Shown here: one piece after another, positions 48,549 to 58,291 of the stretch
Position numbering within the stretch: the first letter of the stretch is position 1
Layout: each line of letters begins with the position of its first letter
From: a virus
Lineage: Duplodnaviria > Caudoviricetes
IMG/VR virus record: IMGVR_UViG_3300011008_002750
Location: 56,855-120,854 of that record
Direction: 5' to 3' (one strand)
Length of the DNA stretch: 64,000 nucleotides
Program-made: the position numbers and the translations under genes
Notes under the pieces: generated by a model
Database searches by the model: none
What the model saw: the letters and a program-made list of their open reading frames with translations, nothing else
What the model was told of the DNA's origin: nothing

Positions 48549-48767
48549 ATGAGAATCTACACAGTTTCAAACGAACAAGGCTATCATGAAGAATTTTATA
48601 GTCTTCCAGCAGCTAAAAAGGCAATGAAAGAACACAATGCCAAAGGTTTTATTACTGCAGTTAGAAGCAATGGTGATTGGGAACCTATGGGAGAAATAAA
48701 ACTCAAAAGAAACAATGCATCAATGCTTGCAGGAGCAACAAAACAAACAATAAATAATTATAATTAA
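48549..48767 (+). CDS. Hypothetical protein
   Basis: 72-aa ORF after the promoter. Confidence 0.7.
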   Translation: MRIYTVSNEQGYHEEFYSLPAAKKAMKEHNAKGFITAVRSNGDWEPMGEIKLKRNNASMLAGATKQTINNYN

Positions 48768-48778
48768 AAATACTACAA

Positions 48779-49018
48779 TTGACAACAGAAGAAAGACTTG
48801 CTGCACGAGAGCAGCGTCGTAAAGAAGATCAACAATTTCGTGAAAATCTTATTGAAGAGATTGCTAATGAATATGATTTTGGTCGTGCAATAGCTAAAGC
48901 ATGTGTTGATAAAGGTTGGGAAGATGGACATGCATATGGTTATAGTGAAGTTAGAACACAATCTGAAATTGCAGCTGATTTCGCAGAGAAAATTCTTGCA
49001 ATTATTGGACCGGCATAA
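48779..49018 (+). CDS. Hypothetical protein (TTG start)
   Basis: WEDGHAYGYSEV motif. Confidence 0.7.
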   Translation: MTTEERLAAREQRRKEDQQFRENLIEEIANEYDFGRAIAKACVDKGWEDGHAYGYSEVRTQSEIAADFAEKILAIIGPA

Positions 49019-49037
49019 TTATGAAACTAAAAATAAT

Positions 49038-49703
49038 ATGAGTGAAGTTAGTCGATATTTCGAGAAACAAATTTTGCAGTTTGATTCATCTAAGGTGAAG
49101 ATATTCTTTACCTCAGATACTCACTGGAACCATACCAACATAATTAAATACTGTAAGCGCCCATTTGCTAATGTAGAAGAAATGGACGAGGTGTTAATTG
49201 AGAATTGGAATGCTGTTATTGGTTCAGATGATATTGTTTTTCATCTTGGTGATTTTGCATGGGGTGGTTCTGAAGTTTGGAATAATGTTCTTGATAGATT
49301 GAACGGACATATTTATTTGATTCTTGGAAATCATGATATGAAAAATTTGCGTCAAGAATATATTTCAAAATTTGAAGCAGTTGCATTTCAGATGTATATT
49401 TATATTGACGGACGCGCAGTTTATTTGAATCATTACCCATTCCTTTGTTATGGTGGATCATATCGCGGTGAGCAAGCTGTATGGCAATTATTTGGGCATG
49501 TACATTCTCAGCCACAACATTATAATATTGACGATATAAATGACCTAGAAGTGAAAGAAATTCTCGGTAAAGACACTTATAGACTTCAGTATTTGATGCC
49601 CACTCAGTATGATGTAGGTGTAGATAATAATAATTATAAACCTATTAGTTGGGAAGAAGTTAAAGAGAAAATTCAAAAACAAATTGAAGCAAGTGAAGAT
49701 TAA
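49038..49703 (+). CDS. Calcineurin-like metallophosphoesterase
   Basis: TSDTHW.H, HLGDF, LGNHD, NHYP, GHVH, DVGVD. Confidence 0.9.
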   Translation: MSEVSRYFEKQILQFDSSKVKIFFTSDTHWNHTNIIKYCKRPFANVEEMDEVLIENWNAVIGSDDIVFHLGDFAWGGSEVWNNVLDRLNGHIYLILGNHDMKNLRQEYISKFEAVAFQMYIYIDGRAVYLNHYPFLCYGGSYRGEQAVWQLFGHVHSQPQHYNIDDINDLEVKEILGKDTYRLQYLMPTQYDVGVDNNNYKPISWEEVKEKIQKQIEASED

Positions 49704-49743
49704 CTTCTATTTTTTAGTTTAAAGATAAAATATTATTTTTGCA
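49704..49743 (+). promoter_or_regulatory. Promoter copy 7
   Basis: Same motif and spacing. Confidence 0.8.
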
Positions 49744-49771
49744 TCATAATAATAAAAAATAAATACTAATT

Positions 49772-50464
49772 ATGAAAATAAAAAATCAAACTTTGATGTA
49801 TTTATATCGTCAAGAAAAATGTCTTGGCCGTGATAATGATAGTTGCTGTAATGTAGACGAAAATCATAAAATTCGCTATATTCTTTCACCATATGAGTTA
49901 AAACCAGATTATGGAAAGATGTATGCAGATATGAAAGAAAACAAAGAGATGACATATGATGATTGGTTTTCAAAAAATTGGTATCCGGTTTTTTCCAACT
50001 TTAATGCAAAAGATTGCAAAATAATCGAAGAAACATATTGTGATGGTTGGAACGGTTTATTTAATATGTTACCCGTATTAAATAATGATATGTGCGCAGA
50101 AGTTGTATTCACGACTGAATATGCGGCTGATATAGCAGATGATTATGTTGAAGAGATTCTTAAAAAACAAAAAGATGATATTAGAGATTTGTTAGATAAA
50201 ATTAATCATACTGCAACATATGAATGTTATGTTTTGAAACGTAGATTAGATGATGTTATGCTTGGATGGGAAAATGATATACCATTTTATGAGTTGGAGG
50301 ATGGTTATGTAAAATGGGATGTACATGGTAGAGCAAATGTAACACTGTTATTTGATAAAAATCTTTGTGATTTATTTGATGATAATACAGAATATGATGA
50401 AAATGGTGAATATGTTCCATATAAAGCAACGGTAACAATTTCAAGTAATATTAAAAGATTATGA
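49772..50464 (+). CDS. Hypothetical protein
   Basis: 230-aa ORF. Confidence 0.72.
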   Translation: MKIKNQTLMYLYRQEKCLGRDNDSCCNVDENHKIRYILSPYELKPDYGKMYADMKENKEMTYDDWFSKNWYPVFSNFNAKDCKIIEETYCDGWNGLFNMLPVLNNDMCAEVVFTTEYAADIADDYVEEILKKQKDDIRDLLDKINHTATYECYVLKRRLDDVMLGWENDIPFYELEDGYVKWDVHGRANVTLLFDKNLCDLFDDNTEYDENGEYVPYKATVTISSNIKRL

Positions 50465-51249
50465 AAAAGCGAAGTAAAGATAGTCTCGGTGATCGCATGA
50501 AGCGATATGAGGCAGTAAGTAAAACTTCATTAGTTCAAAGAATGCCAGTTATTCTTCGTCTTGATGGATGTCATTTTCATACATTTACTAAAGGATTTGC
50601 AAAACCTTTTGATGATGTAATGATTAAATCTATGCAAGATACAATGAAATATTTGTGTGAAAATATTCAAGGTTGTGTATTTGGATATACGCAATCGGAT
50701 GAAATCACCCTTGTATTGGTTGATTATAAAAATTTGAATTCAAGTCAATGGTTTGATAATGAGGTTCAAAAGATGTGTTCAGTTGCAGCATCAATGGCAA
50801 GTATGCATTTTAACAAATGTTTTGCATATAATGCAATAAATGCAGGAAATGAAGAAGAATTGTTTAAAAAACACTGGGATGCATTTACTAAACATGGAGC
50901 ATATTTTGATTGCCGTGCATTTAATGTTCCTAAAGAGGATGTTTGCAACTGTATACTTTGGCGGCAGCAAGACGCGACAAGAAATTCAATTCAATCACTG
51001 GCACAATCTCAATTTTCTCAAAAACAAATGCACGGTTTAAGTTGTAATATGTTGCAAGATAAATTGATGGTTGAAAAAGGAATTAACTGGAATGATCTAG
51101 ATACTGTTAAAAAACGTGGTTCTGCTTGTATTAAAAATTATTATACAGAAAATGTAAAAACACGTTCTAAATGGGTTATTGATTATAATATGCCTATTTT
51201 GTCACAAGACAGAAATTATGTTGAACAATTTGTAATATTGTCAGATTGA
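50461..51249 (+). CDS. thg1: tRNA(His) guanylyltransferase / Thg1-like 3'-5' polymerase
   Basis: RMKRYE, RLDG.HFH.FT, YTQSDEI, FDCR, WRQQDA.RNSI, GINWN, KRG. Confidence 0.93.
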   Translation: MKKRSKDSLGDRMKRYEAVSKTSLVQRMPVILRLDGCHFHTFTKGFAKPFDDVMIKSMQDTMKYLCENIQGCVFGYTQSDEITLVLVDYKNLNSSQWFDNEVQKMCSVAASMASMHFNKCFAYNAINAGNEEELFKKHWDAFTKHGAYFDCRAFNVPKEDVCNCILWRQQDATRNSIQSLAQSQFSQKQMHGLSCNMLQDKLMVEKGINWNDLDTVKKRGSACIKNYYTENVKTRSKWVIDYNMPILSQDRNYVEQFVILSD

Positions 51250-51364
51250 GGTAATTTTTTAAATATAACTAAATAATTTTTCACAGAAAACAATTTGTTG
51301 TTTTTGGGTTTTTATTTTGGGGTATTGAAATATAGTTTAATAAACATTAAAAATATTAAAAATT

Positions 51365-51592
51365 ATGAAAAAAATTATGGCATTTGTAGTAAGAAATGAA
51401 GATGGAATGCTAAATTTAGTTATGGGTGCTACACCATATAAACTTAATATCCACGGAAATGGATATTGGGCAATTCCTGATAATCAAATCGAAAATTGTT
51501 ATATTGAAGAAATTCAAAATGATAAATTTCCTCAAGTCAAATGGGAAGATGCAGAACCAACTAAAGTTGAATTAACAATTAAAATAAAATAA
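51365..51592 (+). CDS. Hypothetical protein
   Basis: FPQVKWED.EP.KVEL motif. Confidence 0.7.
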   Translation: MKKIMAFVVRNEDGMLNLVMGATPYKLNIHGNGYWAIPDNQIENCYIEEIQNDKFPQVKWEDAEPTKVELTIKIK

Positions 51593-51594
51593 TT

Positions 51595-51873
51595 ATGGAA
51601 AAGAAACTTTTACATTCTGATGAAGAGTATTTTGCTTATTGTGAGCAAGAACAAATTGGTTATATATCTAGACAATATGGGTCTCAATGTTGCGATATTG
51701 AGAATGGCGCTGAATGTCATAATGGTGCTACACTTTATAAAGGAACTAGTTATGAAGAATACTTAAAATTTGATAGTAAACCGTCTCATTATCCATGCAT
51801 ATTAGTGTATTATGATGGACTTGATGATGTAATTCGTGGTATGTTTATTTATCCTGAAGATTTTGAAGATTAA
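51595..51873 (+). CDS. Hypothetical protein
   Basis: 92-aa ORF. Confidence 0.7.
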   Translation: MEKKLLHSDEEYFAYCEQEQIGYISRQYGSQCCDIENGAECHNGATLYKGTSYEEYLKFDSKPSHYPCILVYYDGLDDVIRGMFIYPEDFED

Positions 51874-51875
51874 TT

Positions 51876-52070
51876 ATGACGCAATTTGATAAAGGCTGGT
51901 GGAATTGTTTTAATTCATTTGCCAATAATACAATAAATGACAATGATTCTATTTGTATGGAGGTTCTAAATGGAGCCGGTGTAACAAAGGATGAGGTTGA
52001 AGAAGTATTGCGTAATGGTGATTTATATGGAAATGCATTAAATATTATATATGAATATATAAGAAATTAA
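51876..52070 (+). CDS. Hypothetical protein
   Basis: 64-aa ORF in the operon. Confidence 0.68.
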   Translation: MTQFDKGWWNCFNSFANNTINDNDSICMEVLNGAGVTKDEVEEVLRNGDLYGNALNIIYEYIRN

Positions 52071-52072
52071 TC

Positions 52073-52873
52073 ATGAAACGTTTAGTTATAGGTGACATAT
52101 ATGGACATTGGGATGGATTCAAAAAGATTTATGATCTTGAAAATCCTGATGAGGTTATAATGCTTGGAGATTATTTTGATAATTTTCATGGTTCTGATGA
52201 CAGTATATATGAATGTTATCGGGATATTCTTGATTTGCGTGGTGAACATCTTGCTTTGAAAAAAGGAGATTTTAAGATGTTAATTGGCAATCATGATTTT
52301 CATTATAATCACTGGTTTGAGAAATGTTCAGGGTATCGTTCATCTATGGCACGTAAGAATGCACTTATTTTGAATAATTATTCTCAACATTTACAATTTG
52401 TTTATGTCGATGAAATAAACAATACTATATATTCTCATGCAGGTGTAACAAATACTTGGTTAAAAGAGAATTTAGGAGACAAATATGATAAAGATTCATA
52501 TTTGTTTATTAATGAAATGAATCACCAAGCATTCAAATTTACTTATAAAGGCGGGGGCGATATGTATGGAAACACAATATATGCAAGTCCTATTTGGTGC
52601 CGGTCTCGTTCTTTGAATGAAGATAGTTTAATTAATAAAGATGGTGAGAAGATGGTTCAGATAGTTGGGCATACTCATAGTCAGACACCAATTTGTTATG
52701 ATTTTAATGGTTATGAAATGCCTACACAAGATGAAGATGGAATCAAATTAGTAAATGAACATTTTGAAGATGTTAAAATATATATAATAGATACGATGCC
52801 TAATTATTACATGGTTGAAGAATTAGATGATGATAGGAAATTAGTAAAACGTGAAATTAAACAATTAAAATAA
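52073..52873 (+). CDS. Calcineurin-like metallophosphoesterase (second)
   Basis: IGDIYG, LGDYFD, IGNHD, SHAG, VGHTH. Confidence 0.88.
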   Translation: MKRLVIGDIYGHWDGFKKIYDLENPDEVIMLGDYFDNFHGSDDSIYECYRDILDLRGEHLALKKGDFKMLIGNHDFHYNHWFEKCSGYRSSMARKNALILNNYSQHLQFVYVDEINNTIYSHAGVTNTWLKENLGDKYDKDSYLFINEMNHQAFKFTYKGGGDMYGNTIYASPIWCRSRSLNEDSLINKDGEKMVQIVGHTHSQTPICYDFNGYEMPTQDEDGIKLVNEHFEDVKIYIIDTMPNYYMVEELDDDRKLVKREIKQLK

Positions 52874-52912
52874 TTTTCATTATAATTTATAAAACTTTAA
52901 TTTTTTACAATT

Positions 52913-53536
52913 ATGGGATATGAAGTTCATTTTAAAGGAATGTCCAATGAAGTAATGGACAAATATAATAAGAAAAATAAAGGAATATATGGTTTTTCTT
53001 CTAATGGAGAATATAGGCTTTCTTTGAAAGTTTATACTTTAATGCCTCCAGAAACCCAAGAAAAATTAAGTAGAGTTCCAGATGTTAAGAATGCAGTTTT
53101 TAATATTAAACTTTATCTTGCCGGGCTTGAAAATGAAATTAATCAATCTGAGGAACAATTTGCATATGACAGGTGGAAAGAAGATGGCAAACTCTGGTAT
53201 TGTGGCTGGGAATATTCACATGATTATTGTAATCATACTAAAGAAGAGATTTATGATTATGTTGTTGAAAGATTAACTATTCTTAAATTCTGTGCAGAAA
53301 CTGGAGATTATTTTGATTCTGAAAGTCATTTTGATGATAAGGCCAGGGATATTGACGATATTCTTACATATTTTGAAGATATGATGAGAGAAATCAAGAT
53401 TTATGAAATTATGAATGACCTTAAAGATTATAGAGTTGGAGATGATGAAGATGAAGATAATGCTTATGAAACACATGCCACACAAGAATTATCCGATAAA
53501 AAGAGGGTGGAAATATCAGAAACACCAGAAAAATAA
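52913..53536 (+). CDS. Hypothetical acidic protein
   Basis: 207-aa ORF. Confidence 0.72.
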   Translation: MGYEVHFKGMSNEVMDKYNKKNKGIYGFSSNGEYRLSLKVYTLMPPETQEKLSRVPDVKNAVFNIKLYLAGLENEINQSEEQFAYDRWKEDGKLWYCGWEYSHDYCNHTKEEIYDYVVERLTILKFCAETGDYFDSESHFDDKARDIDDILTYFEDMMREIKIYEIMNDLKDYRVGDDEDEDNAYETHATQELSDKKRVEISETPEK

Positions 53537-53613
53537 ATAAAATAAATAATTAGAAGAAAATAAACTTTTTTCTAAAAATAAATAAAATAAATAATAAAAT
53601 TAAAAAATAATAA

Positions 53614-53797
53614 ATGCAAAATTATAGAGAACATAGTATGATGATTAATACAATTGGTGAACAACGTCCATCAACAGAACAACCATCTGTACTTTATAAT
53701 GATGCCAATTATTAGCTGAAGAGGTAAACCCTAATATCAGGAAACACAATATATAAAAGAAATTCCTTGGGTTTACAATAAACTCAAGGAATTTTTA
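53614..53797 (+). promoter_or_regulatory. Leader uORF (TAG four codons before TAA) plus terminator before tRNA/ncRNA region 2
   Basis: uORF 53614-53727; hairpin aattccttgggttta/taaactcaaggaatt followed by a T tract. Confidence 0.5.
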
Positions 53798-53821
53798 ATT
53801 AAAAAATAAAACAAAATTTAA

Positions 53822-54059
53822 CTTCTATTTTTTAGTTTAAGAAAAAAGTTGTAATTTTGCATTACCAAATTAAAAAAGAGTGTTCTTTAACAAATTGAAA
53901 TAAAGGTTTATTATTCCACTTGAGTTCTGGGAACTTATATGATAAGCGCACAATAAAATCATATTTGGGTGGCAGGTTCGAATCCTGAGTAAACCTCAAA
54001 AAAATAAAGCAAAATTTAACTTCTATTTTTTAGTTTAAGAAAAAAGTTGTAATTTTGCA
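53822..54059 (+). promoter_or_regulatory. Tandem duplicated promoters (copies 8 and 9) driving the RNA region
   Basis: Identical ~50-bp blocks; motif starts at 53822 and 54020. Confidence 0.8.
53903..53997 (+). ncRNA. Degenerate tRNA-like element
   Basis: aggttta/taaacct terminal stem and caggttcgaatcctg T-arm; no clear anticodon arm. Confidence 0.45.
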
Positions 54060-54386
54060 TCGTCATTCAAAAAAATGACAAAGTGATATTTGAAATTTTT
54101 ATTAACTTTTTTGAAAAAGAAAATAAACTTTTTTGAAAACTGTTATATAAAATAATAAATGATAATTGCAAAGAAATTTGCATGAAACATTTAAATGCGA
54201 TCCTTGACGTATTGAGATTAAAATTAAAGAAAGAAATTATTTTTCTATTTAAAGAAATTTAAATGGAAGTCAAATATATTTCGTATCAGTAATTTCTCCT
54301 GTGAAGGTGTTTATACTGATACAAAAGCCGCAACGCTTTGACACAACAAGCGTCACCCTTAAGGGATTAGGAGTTGAGTCGTAATT

Positions 54387-54501
54387 GGATGCGTGAAGCA
54401 GATGGCATGTGCTACTGGAGAAAATCTAAATCGTTTAAACCTCTAATGAGGGAGATAAGGAGAAGTAACAGGCTATGTAGGTTGGAATCCTACTGCATCC
54501 A
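54387..54501 (+). ncRNA. tRNA-like RNA with an expanded central region
   Basis: ggatgcg/tgcatcc acceptor, gtagg-ttggaat-cctac T-arm; no canonical anticodon loop. Confidence 0.5.
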
Positions 54502-54592
54502 CTTTATCAACATAAAACAGAAACATAGATCGAGGTATTAATTGGGAAAAATGACAAAGATCTAAACAGAAATATATTGTTGATATAAAATT

Positions 54593-54749
54593 GTAACCGT
54601 AGTCAAGTGGCCAACGACAGCAGACTGTTTAGTGAATAAAACACTAAAAAATTGAAGATGATATAGTAATGGCTGTAAATAAGTTCGAATCTTATATATC
54701 ATCCTAATCTGCCCCGAAAGGTTCGCAGGTTCGAATCCTGCCGGTTGCG
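54593..54749 (+). tRNA. tRNA-Asn(GTT) with a 76-nt anticodon intron (54629-54704) and a long variable arm
   Basis: Removing the insert gives gcaga-ctgttaa-tctgc; G73 favours Asn over Tyr. Confidence 0.72.
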
Positions 54750-54750
54750 C

Positions 54751-54876
54751 GAGGAAGAATGGTGGTTCAAATCCATCACATATTAGCAGAGTTCAAAACT
54801 CATTAAACTTGGTTAATTGCTAATATTGTAGTTTAGAATTGGTTGTAAAACATCCGTAGTAGGTCCTGGTTTCTTT
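54751..54876 (+). ncRNA. Permuted tRNA-like RNA (T-arm precedes D-arm)
   Basis: ggtgg-ttcaaat-ccatc, then acatattagca/tgctaatattgt stem, then gttt-agaattggttgta-aaac. Confidence 0.45.
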
Positions 54877-55210
54877 AGTGGGGATAAAATTCCATGGCGC
54901 AAACAAAAAGACGAAACTCCACACATTTTCCAGGTAACGCTGGTGGTACATCTATAAGCTTTGAATTGAAAACGCTGAAGCACCAATGTAGGTTGGTAGA
55001 ACCGAGGCCGTAACTCGGATAGATGGCAAAATAGTTAAAAGAAAACAATTTAGAAAGGTCGAGGAATCTCTATTTGTACAAATTGGCATTACGTCACCAG
55101 ACAATATTTGTTGAGGCTCTGAATAGGTCGCTCCTTGGAAGTAGGGGAATTGAGAATACAAATAGCGGGAGAAAGGTAGACTCGTGGGCTGGTTCGCTCT
55201 CCCAATTTTA

Positions 55211-56300
55211 TAGTTGAAGGAAAACAACTTGCCAAATCCTTATTAATTATTTATAAAAACCGCAGGCTCTGGTTGTTGATGATGTAAAATCTAATAAGTC
55301 TGACCTATGGCGCTAATCCTGAAATGATTATTAAGTCAGAGAGTAATCTAAAGTTAGTTTTAAGGTGACTAACATCTTAGTTGAAGGAAAACAACTTAAA
55401 TAAACCTAATTTACTCCTATCGTCTAGTGGTTTAGGACGCTCCCGGGTGGTAACATCAGTTCGAATCTGATTGGGAGTTCTTAGTTGAAGGAAAACAACT
55501 TAAAAAATCTGGCAGAAAACACACAGAGAACTGCATTAGATTAAATTAAATTACTCGTGTTGCGGAGGGAGAAAGCCTCATTAAATAACGAACACTTCAA
55601 AGAGTCTGAGGGCAACCGTGGGCTGTAAGTTTCTTCCTTATAGGGTTCTAGATAATCTATAAGTTTCTTTAACGGGAGCGGAAATAGTTGAAGGAATACA
55701 ACTATAAAAACCATAAGAATCTACCACTTGCACAAGGTAATGAAAAGGAATAGTCGTAATTAATTTAAGAAGTGCGTAAATTAAATTAGGTGGATATATT
55801 TTAACTATAAGAAGGAAAAACTTTATAACCAATTATTAACATACACATAGCGTCGCAACCGCGTCAAGAACGTTAGTTCTGTGTTGAAATAGAGGCATTG
55901 CATGGTAGACAGTAAGTCCTTCGTGTTAATAATTACTATAAGAAGGAGAACTTAATAATCTTCAAAACAACGCCGGTGATTGCTATGATAACCTAGTGGG
56001 TGGTTCCCGCTTCCGGCTCTAATAAGAAGGAAAACTTAAAAACCCAGTTATATGAAGTAGTCAAATTCGTATCGCTTGACCTGAGGTTCTGCCTTGGTAG
56101 TTTAATGAATGATATAAAACATCATATAACCAAAACAATAGTTGAAGGAAAACAACTTAAATAAACCCAGCAACCTTCTATCATTTGATGATACAGTAGG
56201 AGTAATTGTATAGAGTAGTAATAGCACGATGTATCATATGAGAGAGATGGTGCGTGGCTCTCACACTTATAGTTGAAGGAAAACAACTTTAAAAACCCAT
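55211..56300 (+). repeat. Array of 9 hairpin repeats (TAGTTGAAGGAAAACAACT-A-tract-CC and the TAAGAAGGAAAACTT variant) separating unique structured segments
   Basis: Copies start at 55211, 55378, 55482, 55685, 55806, 55937, 56021, 56139 and 56270; an outlying copy at 58377 and a degenerate copy at 55032. Confidence 0.9.
55413..55479 (+). ncRNA. tRNA-Glu-like RNA lacking the anticodon loop
   Basis: actccta/tgggagt acceptor, gtct-agtggttt-aggac D-arm, atcag-ttcgaat-ctgat T-arm; ctccc joins gggtg directly. Confidence 0.7.
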
Positions 56301-56664
56301 TGGCAGTTGAGGGTAATACACTGTACAAAGGACAAGTTGAATGTGAGATGGTCCCAGAAAGTTGACAGACACACAAGACTTTCAAATATACTTATTTTTA
56401 ATTACATAAATTATAGATTGATTGAGTAAAAATTAATCGACTACATTGACGATAGTTTTTCAATAAGGGGGGTAAATTCAAGACAATTTATTTAGGATTG
56501 TCTAAGTAGAATTTATTGCAGTCGGCTGTTGAAAAAACTCGTAGCTTTACCACCGGATTTTTTGTTGTAGAAGACGGGCTTTATAGAATTAGAAAGCGCA
56601 GATTAATTTTTTAAGATTTCTTTTTCAGATTTTCTTTAGCTGATTAAAGTAAAATCTGAAATTT

Positions 56665-56736
56665 GCACCATTAGTATAACGGTTATTATACATGATTTGT
56701 AATCTTGAGATCCTGGTTCGATTCCGGGATGGTGCT
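56665..56736 (+). tRNA. tRNA-Thr(TGT)
   Basis: Loop tttgtaa; cloverleaf. Confidence 0.88.
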
Positions 56737-56952
56737 CAAAATATTTTTCTTCGGGTTTTATATTGTGATTTAAGACGCCATATTGTTAGACGAAACTAAA
56801 ATTATAAAAACTTGGACGTAATAAAAGATTGAACGATAAGCAAAACTTGCCTCAGTGAGTAACCAAATCGAGGAGTAATTAACCACGATTTCTGAGAGCA
56901 CGGATTATTCATACCTGGCCAGGTGGATAATTGAAAGGTTACATTTTTATAT

Positions 56953-57026
56953 TGCCCTGTAGCTCAACTGGCTAGAGCGTCTGATTTTGGTTCAGAAGGT
57001 TGGGGATTCGAACTCCTCCAGGGCAA
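56953..57026 (+). tRNA. tRNA-Gln(TTG)
   Basis: tctga-ttttggt-tcaga; U1 start. Confidence 0.85.
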
Positions 57027-57106
57027 CAAAATTAATTGCATAAAGGAGTTCCTATTTTATTTAATTGCAAATTAAACTTACCATACTTCTCGCGATTAAT
57101 CTAAAT

Positions 57107-57181
57107 TGTCTTGTATATCAGCCTGGTTAGATTGTCATCCTGATAAGATGAAGGTCGTTGGTTCAAATCCAACCAAGACAA
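57107..57181 (+). tRNA. tRNA-Ile(GAT)
   Basis: tcatc-ctgataa-gatga. Confidence 0.88.
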
Positions 57182-57244
57182 CAAAATTGAAAAAATTATT
57201 TTTTAGTTCGAAATAAATATAATATAAAGTAATTCGAACTAATT

Positions 57245-58039
57245 ATGGAAAGCGTTAAAGGAAGTAAAAGAAAATATCATATTTTTTATAAAATAACAAA
57301 TAATATAAATAATCATTTTTATTATGGCGTACATAATACCGATAATATAAATGATAATTATATGGGTTCTGGAAAAAGATTATAGTATGCATATAAAAAA
57401 TATGGTATGGAAAATTTTACAAAGGAGAATTTAAAATTTTTTGATACTGCTAAAGAGGCATTTGAATACGAAGCTGATTATATAACAGAAGAATTAATTA
57501 AAGACCCTAATTGTTATAATATTGAAGGTGGAGGTAAAGGTTGGAATACTATTAATTAGGTATTAGTAAAAGATAAAGATGGAAATACATTTTTAATATC
57601 TAAAAATGATTAGCGATATTTAAATAAAGAATTAGTTAGTGCTTATAAGGGATATATATGTTGTAGAAAAAAAGGTGAAACTGAATTTTGTTGGATACCA
57701 AAAGAATTATACAATAAAAATGAATATGAAACCACATCATCGAATAATGTACCTGTAAAAGATAAATCTGGAAAATTTTATTTAGTATCTAAAGATGATC
57801 CACGATATTTAAATGGTGAATTAGTATCAATTTGGAAAGGTAAACATCATAAAGAAGAATCTAAACAAAAAATGCATAATACATTTTTAAAAATACATCA
57901 TTAGCAAGGCGAAAAAAATTCTCAATTTGGTACATGTTGGATTCATAATGATGAAGAATCTATTAAAATAAAGAAAGAACAATTAGAAGAATATATTTCT
58001 AATGGTTGGGTAAAAGGAAGAAAAATGTTTAAAAAATAA
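57245..58039 (+). CDS. GIY-YIG (Seg-like) homing endonuclease, 264 aa (TAG=Gln)
   Basis: IFYKITNNINNHFYYGVH...YMGSG...KKYG.ENF.KE...YNIEGGG; C-terminal GTCWIHN...GWVKGR. Confidence 0.88.
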
Positions 58040-58043
58040 TTAT

Positions 58044-58117
58044 AGGGTAGTAGTTCAATTGGTTAGAATGCTAGTTTTGGGAACTAGTGGTTGGGGAATC
58101 GTGCTCCCCCTACCCTA
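58044..58117 (+). tRNA. tRNA-Pro(TGG)
   Basis: ctagt-tttggga-actag. Confidence 0.82.
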
Positions 58118-58176
58118 CGAATTAAATAATTAAAAAACAATTAGTTATAAAATTTACATAAACTAACAGATTAAAT

Positions 58177-58291
58177 AAATCATGAGATACCGGTTCGAAT
58201 CCACATCGCGCAGAAGCATTTAGTCAGACTTCCAAGTGATAGTTGGCCTGAAATTGGTCTTAGAACATAAATGGACTAAAACACATGATTT
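58177..58291 (+). ncRNA. Possible permuted tRNA-like RNA
   Basis: aaatcatg/catgattt closing stem; GGTTCGAATCC first, ggcc-tgaaatt-ggtc later. Confidence 0.4.

Noticed and set aside
54387-54501. Amber suppressor tRNA(CTA)
   Set aside because: tctaa occurs twice but not in a 7-nt loop on a 5-bp anticodon stem.
54593-54749. tRNA-Tyr assignment
   Set aside because: The body looks Tyr-like, but removing the insert as in the other copies gives GTT and the discriminator is G; kept as Asn with moderate confidence.
55211-56300. CRISPR array interpretation of the hairpin repeats
   Set aside because: The period varies from 84 to 203 nt, repeats are degenerate, spacers are self-structured (one is a tRNA mimic) and no cas genes are in the window.
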